From contig JAKLZA010000075.1 of the NCBI GenBank assembly GCA_030704615.1, forward strand, positions 1 through 25,000: DNA of 25,000 bases, in the 5' to 3' direction. Source of the stretch: Takakia lepidozioides. Its lineage: Eukaryota; Plantae; Bryophyta. The notes beneath the pieces were generated by a model, which was not told the DNA's origin, did no database searches, and saw nothing but the letters and a program-made list of their open reading frames with translations. The position numbers were made by a program, and so were the translations under genes. Shown in pieces: positions 1 to 10,294 of this stretch (position 1 is its first letter; each line of letters begins with the position of its first letter).

Positions 1-130
1 CCTTTCCGAGTCCTTGCATAAACAAATTCTCTATCATGTGTCTACTCACCGTTTCATGGGTGATAAGCTTTTCAATGAGCTCACTAGAGGGGGAGTACCA
101 TGCTATTTGGAGGTGCCACCACGGAGCTAG

Positions 131-1085
131 CTGAATGCTTTATTGGAGCATTTCCATTGTTCCTTGTATGCAGGTCACCTTGGTATCAAGAAGACCGTGG
201 CCCGCATCTATTGGCTGGGCATTCACCGAGACGTCACATAATTCATCTATAAATGTGAAGGTTGACGTGCTAACATTGCTCTCCCTAGGGCCCGGATCTT
301 GTATGAGCTGCAGCTTTTGCCTGTCACGCATGCTTTTGCTTGTGTTGGCATTGACTTAATATGACCCCTCACACTCACATCAAAGGGTCGAAGCTACCTT
401 TGTGTTGCTACCGACTACTTGACTAAGTGGGTAGAAGTCCGGCCTTTGCGTTCCAAGGCTAATGATGTTGTAGCTCAGTTCTTCTTCAATGAGATCCTTA
501 TGCGGCATGGGTGTCCTCAGGAGATACTAACGGATCAGGGCAAGGAGTTTTATAACCAGCTCCTCACGATGATTTGCTTCAACTTCGGTGTTAAGCATTC
601 CACCACAGCCCCATACCATCCCCAGACCAATGGCCTCATGGAATGCTTCAACCAAACTCTTTGCCGAATGTTGGAGAAGAATGGCGCACTTACCAGGAAG
701 TGGGATACCATTCTTCCCCCTATTCTCTTTGCTTATCGCACCGCCATGCATGCTAGCACCAAGAAGACTCCTTTTGAGTTGTTGTATGGTCGCAATTGTG
801 TTTCTCCTTTGCATTCTACCCCTCTTATTTCTACTGTTGCTGATCCGGTTGATCTTGATACCTTTGTTGAGGATCTTCATGCTCGGCATGCGATGTCCAT
901 CCATGATGCCAAGACGAACATTGGTAAAGCTCAGCTAACCCATGCCCGTAATTTTAACAAACGTCAAGTATTCTAACATGTTTCAGGTGGGACAGACCGT
1001 GTGCGTCGATTACAGCATGGCAAGTATGCATGCAAATCTAAGCTCAAGATCGATGGTCCATACTTTATCTATCAGATTTTACGTA
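131..1085 (+). pseudogene. Retrotransposon integrase remnant (HHCC zinc-binding domain, DDE core, GPY/F motif)
   Basis: One frame reads HCSLYAGHLGIKKTVARIYW...KCEG*, then VGIDLI*PL...ATDYLTKWVE, LTDQGKEF and HPQTNGLMECFN. In-frame stops lie at 239, 263, 362 and 974. FQVGQTV is in a shifted frame and DGPYFI is at ~1052-1069. Confidence 0.92.
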
Positions 1086-1733
1086 GACGACATGCTCTCC
1101 TTCGTCCACAAGGCTCCAATACTAAATGCGGGATGAACCTATTTCCTTAACGGACTTGGTGCATTCCAAGGTAGTTTTTGATCTTACATGTAATGTACGA
1201 AACCAGATTGGAAGAGGACCTCTGCGTCGAGAAGAAAATAAATGCATTGGGGCTCAGCTGCTGTTCGAAGAACGCATCGAAAATATTATTGTAATTTCTT
1301 TGCATGAAAACAGTTGAATCATCGTCACAGACTGTGTTGACGAACACCATTGCGATGTTATCGAAATCCCTCTTTCTCACAATTTTTAACTGTGTTTTGG
1401 CATCCGTGAACCTCCGCTTCCCTCCAATGCACTGGTAATGTGACTTGAATGTATCCTTGAGGTTGCCCATTTCCTTTACCATGTCTTCAACCCTTTTCTT
1501 GCATGAAAGCACTCGGATGGTGACTCTTGGGGTCCTAGGACTTGACCTCTCTAGGACTTAGAAACATTTTTTCATGGTATATCACCATCTGTACTCCCTG
1601 CACGGTTTTCCTAGCCGAGGGTTTTGTCCTCGGCCCAACTTGCAGGTGCTTTCCCTTGGTAGGTTTTTCACCCGACAGTGGAGGGTGATATTTCCCTATT
1701 ATTTGTTTTCCTTCGCGGAGCTCAGGATTTTTC

Positions 1734-1745
1734 GTGGGGGGTAGG
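1734..1745 (+). other. Putative polypurine tract of the gypsy element
   Basis: gtggggggtagg lies downstream of integrase and ~10 nt before TGTAAAGCC. Confidence 0.5.
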
Positions 1746-1754
1746 CTTCACAGA

Positions 1755-2204
1755 TGTAAAGCCCCATATTTGCTTAGCCTAGAAATGGCCCGTTTCATCC
1801 GAAATGGCAATACACATCCATAGTATAATTTTTTGGCGTATAAAGCCGTTAAACCGTTACAATGATATCTAGGTTAGGATTAGTTTTGGCTGGTGGCTCA
1901 ATCCTGGCCCTTCATCAGATCTAGGGTAACAAAGCGGCGCCGTGAGTTTGGCTTGTGACGCCTCGCCACGCGGCGGGCCACTAAAGCTAGGGTTTTTGTA
2001 TAAAGACAGCACCCTGACACAAGGTCAGGGCGGTGTACTTGGGTGTTAGTGTATATGTGATTTTGGTGTAGAGCTGCTTTGTGTCAGATCCGTGTGTTTG
2101 ATCCTCCTCTCGCACGTTGCCTGCTCTTTCCGCTCGCCCCTTATATGCTTCAGGCTTGTTTTAAGACTTCACACGCCTTGAGGCTAGTCCATGCAGGTTC
2201 AACA
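1755..2204 (+). repeat. Putative 3' LTR
   Basis: Starts TGTAAAGCC after the PPT, with TATAAA at 1999-2004. Possible CA ends are gacttcaCA (2173) or ggttcaaCA (2204). The 5' LTR is outside the window, so it cannot be confirmed by pairing. Confidence 0.5.
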
Positions 2205-2699
2205 TCTTCCTATTTAAGTAGACTTTATTATTAAGACTACGTCTGGCAGTGAAGAGGATGTAAGAACACCGTTTTAAATGAGGTATAACTGGATTCTTTC
2301 TTGCAGTCCAGGATTCTCAAGACCTTTCAGATACAGTCTCTACGGAATGTGGTTCCATTGATGGGTGTTCAAAATACATAAAACATCTCATTTTGGCAAC
2401 GGCACCTCACAAAATACTCCTAGACACATAATTTATCATGAATCCAAGATCACATCTCAATTTTGAAACTTAGGAAAGTTTGGTGTAACCTATGCAGTAG
2501 ATGTAGTAGGTCTCTTTGCATGGTATAAGACAATTTGAAAATGATAACATACAGACATGTTGCACTTCAGTCGCTTTGTGTGCAAGCAGTTATCTCAAAC
2601 TGATCATTGTGTTATGCAACAACAGTGATGATGGTGTGAAAGCCATCAGATCTAGAACTGATGAGTGTAGCAGCTGCAGATGGGATGTGCCGGGGCTTG

Positions 2700-5600
2700 T
2701 CATCCTGTCCACTTCGGAGTCCACACATCTGCCTCTTTCACAGGAGCCTTACTCTTTTTCAACTCTCGCCTTTCTAGTCTCTTCAAAGCTTTCCACTCAG
2801 TTGTCTTGGTCAGTCTGACTACCTCACCATTGTCTAACTCTACACCTGCTTCATTCTCTTCTAGATTTTCCTTGCCCTGAGAAAATTCCTCAATTAAGTC
2901 GTCATTCTCTGTCTCCTGCTCTGTAGCACTACCGAACATTGCCCCCTTGTGCAATACTGTCTCCATTTTTCTCAATACTTTGCGCTTTGGCTTGGCTTGC
3001 CCCACTAGCTGCAAACCCTGCTCTATCAGCCTAGAAGCACAAGCCTGTTGTGAGTTTTGTAGCTTACATAAGATACATCACTGGCTATTAATAATGTCAA
3101 CACTTGCATGCCAAGAGCCAAAAGTTCTACAGCAACCATGGGAGCAATCAGTGTAGCAACCAGTTTGACTGAAGTTCCGAAAGATGTAAAAACTGAGGAG
3201 AAGGGCAAGAGAAGAGAACAGGCATGAAACAGTAACAGGTACAGAGTGAGGATCACCAAACGCACATGCCACAAAGTTCCTTCTGCGAGAGAGCAGAGTG
3301 ATGGTCCACAAAAACATCCTCCAATCGAAGGCTAAGCCACACATAGAGCTCAAGGACCTGCGATAGCACACAGATTAGTCTGTTTGCTTGCAAATTTGGA
3401 AGGTTGAAGAGAGTGCAGCTACATCCTGCTATATACTGGCATACTTGCAGGTCAAATTTCAAACTAGGAATACAGCCTTCATGGAATGAAAAAATGAGAC
3501 GAACAATGAAAGCAAACATGAAGTAGATGCTTTAAGATCACATGAAAATTATTCCCACAGAGTCGACATGGAAAAAGGGGACACCTTATGCATAGACTCC
3601 AGTTCTTGAAGTGCACCCTGAGTCCGGGGGACTCGAACAGTGGCGGGTGTGAGCATCCGCTCTAATGGCACCCTCTGACTCTTTGCATAGTCACTGGCAA
3701 ACTGCACTTACCCAGCCACCTCCCAGTTAAGAGATTAAAGTTTGACCTAATCGAAAGGTCTTATATGGCCTTCAAAAAGCCACAAACATAGACACAATCT
3801 GTCAAGGTTAGAAACTATGGTGTGAATACCCCAATAGCAGGATGTGGTAAGTCAGTACACGTTAACCACCTACAATACAACATAAGCCCTGCCATTAGTT
3901 TGGGATACCTTTGGCTGACCATAGGCCCTCAAGCATTGGAGAAATCTTGGGACTGTCAGCCAAACAATTCACCTAACAGCAAATGTGTCAAGGAGTCTTA
4001 CAATCAGCGGTAAACAAAGCTGTTAATATCGTGTTAAGTCTGGGATCACAATGCACATTCACAAATCTTTTGCATAAAGATTGTGAGTTCTGTCAAATAT
4101 GGAGTTATGCCCATTCATCCCATTCCATGCCCTTGGCCATGGAATTTCAGGTATCTTTCTACGCGGGTTTAGGCGCAGGGTTGCCAGCAAATATCCAACT
4201 AGGAACCCATACACACAACTGTAATGACAAGGTATCATACGGAGGCTCACCTGCAGCAAAGCGCCCATGGCTGTATGATCATTTGTATCCACAGGGCTGT
4301 AACAACACCATTGCCAAGAGGAAACACTGAGAGGGAGGGAGCAAGATGGAAAGAGCCAGAAAAATGTCTATGCACGAAATGACTGGAGGACAAAAGCAAG
4401 GGAAGAGGGATGCAGACACTAAATCCAAGGTCATAAATAACACATGTTCCACATCTGTCAAAGACCTAAGTTCGCAGTCTTTGATGTGAGAAAGCCAACC
4501 ACCTAGCGACTACTTGCATCTTCCCTCTCTAAGAACTGAGCTTCATAGCGATGAAATGAAATGGTACTTTATAACGTCCGCGGAAAGCTCAAAGAGGTTA
4601 TGGGACAGAATGGAAAAACAAGAGCGAGGAAACAAAACCAGAGCCAAAAAACAGCCCAAAAGCAACTACTGCTCAAGCGATTGTCTAAGGGTCAAGGCCT
4701 CGTGCAGGTAAGCTGCCAAGCATTTCTCATAGTGAAAGCCTTCAGTGAGAGATTGAGTTCCACGGAATAGACAGTGGAATCTCCCACGGATCTCATAATA
4801 GAGGGCAATAAAAGAGGAAGTGAACTTCAGTTTCAATTTCCTGGCTACGCCCGGTGCAAGCTGGGCATAGGCGGTCTCTCGTTGAAGGTTTTCCCATCTA
4901 CCAGTCTCTATCCGTAGATTGTGGGAGCCCACCCCGAACCGCCCCAATGCCCTCCCGAGGTAAGGAGATAAAGACGGCACAAGGTAATTGGGCCGCAAGA
5001 TTCTATCATCACCGAGACCCAAGAAGGTCTCTCGATAGAAATGGAGTTCTGTTGTGAGATTGGGTAGCTTAAAAGTTCTCCTGACATGTAGTTCCATAAG
5101 TTCTCTTCTAATGAGTCTGTTGCGATCCTGTTTGGATGTGATTTCCACCCCTTCTGGATTTTGTGGCAATAACGAAGCAACAGAGAGTCCATGCGCTAAG
5201 AAAAACTGCACACTCGAGCATACCAGGAGTAGAGAGAGGATGGTTCCATACTGTACTCACCAAATACAGAAGAGAAAGCGATCCTGCAAGGAAAGTGGTA
5301 ATTTCTCCAGCAAATCTGCTATGATCTTTTGCCCCCTCCCAACCAATCCCCACACCCAAAATGTCGTCTAACATGTCACTGATATAAACCGCAACTATTT
5401 TGAAATGTGGATCCATAGGAGAAGATAGAGTTCATTCTAAGAACTCCTGCACAATTTGAGACAGACGTAATACGTATGTGAGTCCACAGCACTGGAGCAT
5501 ACTTCACTTGTTATGGCTCAATCAACATTGAGATACAACTTGCACAAAGAAGATAGAGATCCAACCAGCATGCTGTCACAGTCACGCATGAAGTACTCAG

Positions 5601-8600
5601 GAGATAGACGTGCCTTCCCTACAAATTCCTCCTGAAATATCTCCACAGAACCAAGCAACAATGTCAAGGGACTACTGAGTGTGCAATTCAGGCAATTCCT
5701 TTGCCACCATAGCAAATTTCTGGCGTCAAGCCGATAATAATTGAAGACTATGCAGTTGCATTACCAAACTTAGGTCTTCTGTCCGAAGCTCTGAGCCGGA
5801 TTCCCCCACTGCGTCCAGGTCCCTCCAATGGAATACCCAGAAATCATTGGTGGGAAATCAAATGAAACATTTGTCAGCTGAGTTATGAGAGCAAATACAG
5901 AAAAATAGGAGTGCAAAGTACCAGTACAGAGGAGAAAGTCATGGATGGGTGTGATGACGAGTAGAGAGCAAGCAGATCAAACGATGGAAAGAGGCCTGCA
6001 GCCTGTGCCACCACCAACAGAGAAACCACGCCCAACCCATGACCTTGTTTAATTTTGCTTGTCTCAGAACCTAGACCAAATAAAGTGTCATCACAGCACT
6101 TTGCCAAGGCACTGAGCGTATAATGGCACCACAAAGTTCTCTCTACTCTCTCACTACTGGAGCAAGTCTTCAGTGATGGTAGGGGGTCCTATTGTGCTCT
6201 CCTTCTGCCCTCTCCTTATTTTCTCTATGCACAATGGCTACAAGGTTGTGGCAAAGAAAGTTAACGAGGCTTTCTGTTGGGTACAGGTTCAAACCCTGTA
6301 GTGGTTGTTTGGTCCAACTATATACAGGTTATGGCAAGCCAAGTCTACTGCATACAAAACCTGTTTATGAGATAGTTGTAACACAACCGGGAGAAATCCA
6401 GCATCCAAGATTGTATCATTCGTTTCAACAATGAATGTGCCAGCTGTAACACGCTTACTGAAAGAGGCACGGTTGGAGCAGCAAGGGAGTGGTGCAAGAG
6501 TGAGAGGTCTTCCTCCAACAAACATGTAACTTTTCCATCTGGAAACTTTGATCCATATCTCCCAGCCCGGCCTGCAGGGAAAATTGACTTGTCAGATCAG
6601 TTCCTCAGATCTGTAAGTATACTCTTGAGTATTTCGCAATCTGACTCCTAGAGAAAAGACTGCACTCAAACTAAACTCTTCCTATTCAAACACTACATGC
6701 CATATTTGTTCAACACACATGAAGTTCTACACAAGCTGCAATGCCAAGAATTGAAGCAAAACATGTTAATGCAGAGAACTGCTGTTCGGTCATCCTCTAA
6801 ATGCGGGCAGGTAGTACCTGCGATTTGCTTGATCTCTGAAACATTTAAAGCACGAGTAGAAGTGCCATCAAATTTCTGGAGTGTAGAAAAGACAATTCGC
6901 CGGATGTTGAGATTGAGCCCCATCCCCACCGCATCACTGGCTACCAAAATGTCGGATCCAGTGCTTGCATCATTAAACTGAGCTGCCTGCCGTATAAATT
7001 TAATGTGAGAACAAAGCCGTGATATTTTCTGAGTGAGGAACTGCCTTTATATGCTGAGTTCAAAGCTGTCTTTTCCATATGGCATTTGAACAGATGTGCA
7101 TGCATGTATTCAGAGTATGCCTACACGCATACATGACTTAGTCGATATATCATAATATACTGATCCTTAAAAGGTGTCATTCTGGGACACAATGCGCACA
7201 CTTCAAACAACTTATAATGATGCCTAGTTAATGCAAGCCCAGATACAAAAGCACAATCCACCATTACCTGGACCTAACATGTTGACCCATTCAATACAAC
7301 ACCAGACAGGGAGCCCCATACCTGTTTGGTGCGCGTTTCAGGAGGCAAAGAACCATACACGACTGAGCATTTGTGCCTTCCACCCGCCTCAATCTCTTTC
7401 TGAATATTATCCAGGCAGTGCATATAAGAATCCCAGCAGGTGAAACTCACATCATGGTATATGCTACATAATGCACTCACATGTCACAAGATACCACTCA
7501 ATCGCAAAACAGACCTTTGAACAAAAGTCTTGCAGACCTTGATTGAGTAAATCTCCCGACGTGAAAAAGCAACAATGCAATCCCCTTTTCGCACACGTGC
7601 GTATGATCCAAGTGCTGTTGTCTTGGGAACAAGGGGGGACAAGCGCTGATACTGCTGAACCTGGTTTGCAAATTGAAATAATTAGTCAGAAAAATGCTGT
7701 CATAGACCATGTGTATATCACAACATGACAAGCTATTCTAGCGTTCTAGCAAGTACATATGATGTTATGAAGTGTTATTCACAAATCTTCCGTTGCTTTC
7801 TACAAATTGATATCAGGTGCATGCAAAGAACTTACTTCGAGTGTATCACTGGTGGCAGCTATGATTGTGCTGATAATGGAGACTGCAGCTGGATCCCCAC
7901 AAATATGCAATTCATCCACTGCCAACCCGAGCAGAGCACGTGTGAAAGAAAACCCCCTTTCCCGGCAAGCAATCATCTGCGCCCACATCAGCATACTGTG
8001 ACTGGGTCCACCACTGGTGCTGCTACTAGAAGGAAATTCGGAACTTCAAAGACTAAAGAAGTTAATCTGTGCAAAAAAGTGAGCACATTTCCCTTTGAAA
8101 GCCTGTAATTTCGACATCCATCCACATCCAGCAGAAAATAAGCGAGAGATTGGTTACTTGAATTTCATCAATGACAGCACACTCATACTCCCGAGTCACA
8201 TCTGCCATCTCCACAGTCATCGCTTGATGTTTTGCACCTTTCACCTCTCTCCTCTCTTGCCCAGTGACAAGGCTACAGAGAACATTTGCTTTATTCATTC
8301 GATCTGCTACTTCCCATGCCAGAAGCCTGAGCGGCCCACAATAGATACCTGCACAGCTAAGGTTTCACATCAGCAATATGTAGATTCGAGGTATGAGACA
8401 TCGGGTCACCACTTATAGATTTACTTTGGACATGTACTGCGGAGTCCTGATCTACTTTCTTGACTCTGACAGGTAAAACAAAATCTAGCACCAAAATGAA
8501 TTATTTATGCTGAATCCCCTGTTCGGATCTCTGAGTTCCTGTTCCGTTTGTTTGCATGCCTGTCTTGTCCTAAAACGCCTTGGGAGGACAGAGACCTTCT

Positions 8601-9495
8601 CTCTCTATAGCTTTACTGAACACCCAAAATAAGGTAGGCCCACACACCAGAGGAAGAAAGCTGCAGGCGCTGCAAGGCAGCATAAGTTTTTCCGCTGTTT
8701 GTGGGTCCCACATGCATTACAATGCGCCTTTTCTTCCGCCAAGCACATGGATACCATGTGTGCGGCAATCTGTTCCCCAATCATGAAGCTTCCCACATTT
8801 CAACCCCTTCTGCTGCAAGAGACTTGCTATATTCCAACCTCAAAAGTTAGCTACTGCAATTTTTTTGAAAATATAGGGGATTCTGTCTGAGCCTATCTTG
8901 CCTTCTAGTGCTAGATACAGACCAGACTTGAGCGTGGTTCCAGTTAAAATGGTGGATTGAAGCAAATCGTCTGCAAGAAGGCCAGGACAGAGAATGCTAT
9001 GCCACTATAGTTCTTCACATTCCGGACTCAAACTCCAGACGCCGTTGGGATTGAATGCCCTTGGCCTGAAACATGAAATTAAACCCGGAAAGATCTTAAT
9101 CTTTTGCAAGGGATCTGTCAAAGAATATGAAGTTGGAGCCTTACGTTAAATCCATGAAGTCCACTAACGATGGCGGGCGTATAGTACTTGAAAACCTCGC
9201 CCTCCCACACCCCTTCCCCTGCCAATAGGCAATGTCACATCGTCTCCGGATGCTGATGTCTAAATAATCTGCACAGGGATACAGTCCTCACTTCTTGGTT
9301 TAAGGTGACAACCATGGACAAGATCAGGTTGCAATCTGTCATGAAGAAGCAAAGATACAATGCATAATGTTGAATTCCTTTCCCAAGACCCCCACTTGTG
9401 ACCCAAGTGTATATGAGCGATTTGCCATGAGGAGAGAAACCTTGGAAAGACGAGGAGACTTGCCAACACGAACCAATGTGCTTGAGGCGCCACAT
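2700..9495 (-). CDS. SUV3: Mitochondrial ATP-dependent DExH-box RNA helicase SUV3, 16 exons, ~637 aa
   Basis: Exons (minus): 9495-9441, 9268-9145, 8769-8648, 8348-8158, 7976-7836, 7660-7538, 7399-7322, 6986-6818, 6571-6459, 6002-5922, 5631-5566, 5325-5261, 4296-4251, 3701-3585, 3357-3266, 3030-2700. All introns are GT-AG with matching phases; total 1914 nt. Motifs: HVGPTNSGKT, YCGPLRLLAWE, AVIDEIQM, VVYGSLPPETR, VASDAVGMGLNL, KQIAGRAGR, LELYVWLSLRL. The Arg/Ser-rich N-terminus fits a mitochondrial presequence. Exon 1 is the least certain. Confidence 0.95.
4551..5215 (-). mobile_element. 5'-truncated non-LTR retrotransposon (RTE/RTE-X-like LINE) 3' fragment in SUV3 intron 12
   Basis: Reads RFGVGSHNLRIETGRW, then after a frameshift RDRLCPACTGRSQEIETEVHFLFYCP (CX2CX11HX4C knuckle), then YEIRGRFHCLF. 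Stop at 4666 and a short CATTTCATTTCAT tail ending at ~4551. No clear TSD was found, and the clade call is from motif recognition only. Confidence 0.8.
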
Positions 9496-10294
9496 TTTAG
9501 CTAACACGTGCTTCCTTTATGTACATAATTGGGGTCAACACAAACTTCCACTCGAATTCAACGCTTACACATCTCAGAGATCACCGGTCCATGACTTTGA
9601 TCGAGGAATGGTGGGTAATCCAGGCATTCAGAAAAAGTCCCCTTTCTACAAACTACCCCATCAACCCCATTCGACTTCCCGTTTCAACACGGCATAGATT
9701 GGGACAAGCTCTACCTAAAATTGCCACATTTCTAACAGCCCACAGAATTCCTGAATCTACAGCAACTAGGTATTTGGCTCGCCACATCTGCTGAACAGCA
9801 TGATGATTGTCAACTCAAGTATTGTCTCTTCTCCCTCTGCGTGCATCGTCTAAGCCGGCAACCCACAATGCACAGTCTGCGGGATCCACAGACCGCAACC
9901 TCAAATGGGTGTTGTAGTGTAAGTGGATGCCATACAGCTTCAGCTCAAAGATCCACAATGAACATCTCTGGCCTCCTTCTTTTGAAGGCCTTGGTAGGTA
10001 CAAATCTAAAAACTGTTTGTAAAAGAGCATGCAGCCAACAGTGACGAACTGGTCAAAAAAGGCGGCCCTTTCGGTAAGTAATGAAGTATCTGCCCACAAT
10101 TGTGTGTATATTATTATGTAGGTAATGTATGCTCCCAAAAAAGCTGACTTTTGCTCATGGTTTCATCAGTCAGCCCCTCTACAAAGCAGGCGGAGTGTGT
10201 GTGAGCGGAGCAGAAAAGGGAAAGAGCAAAGGGTGGGGGGAGGGGGGTGTGTGGGGGGGAGAGAGAGAGAGTGAAGGGAGACAGAGAGAGAGGG
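9496..10294. promoter_or_regulatory. Shared divergent promoter / 5' UTR region between SUV3 and cytochrome b5 reductase
   Basis: The two start codons are ~800 bp apart, head to head. An AT-rich TATA-like stretch lies at ~10107-10117. Confidence 0.5.
10231..10294 (+). repeat. G-run cluster (G-quadruplex motif) followed by a GA microsatellite, directly upstream of the reductase ATG
   Basis: GGG-t-GGGGGG-a-GGGGGG-tgtgt-GGGGGGG (10231-10259), then interrupted (GA)n up to the ATG. Confidence 0.8.

Larger units (their letters stand above)
1..2204 (+). mobile_element. Ty3/gypsy LTR retrotransposon, degenerate 3' part (integrase, 3' non-coding region, PPT, probable 3' LTR); continues beyond the window's left edge
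   Basis: Integrase is followed by a GPY module, then a G-rich tract and a TG...CA-bounded segment. Integrase as the last pol domain is the gypsy order. The right boundary is uncertain (2173 or 2204). Confidence 0.8.

Noticed and set aside
1846-1858. Two CCGTT (MYB/MSA-like) cores in the putative LTR
   Set aside because: 5-mers are too short to support a regulatory call.
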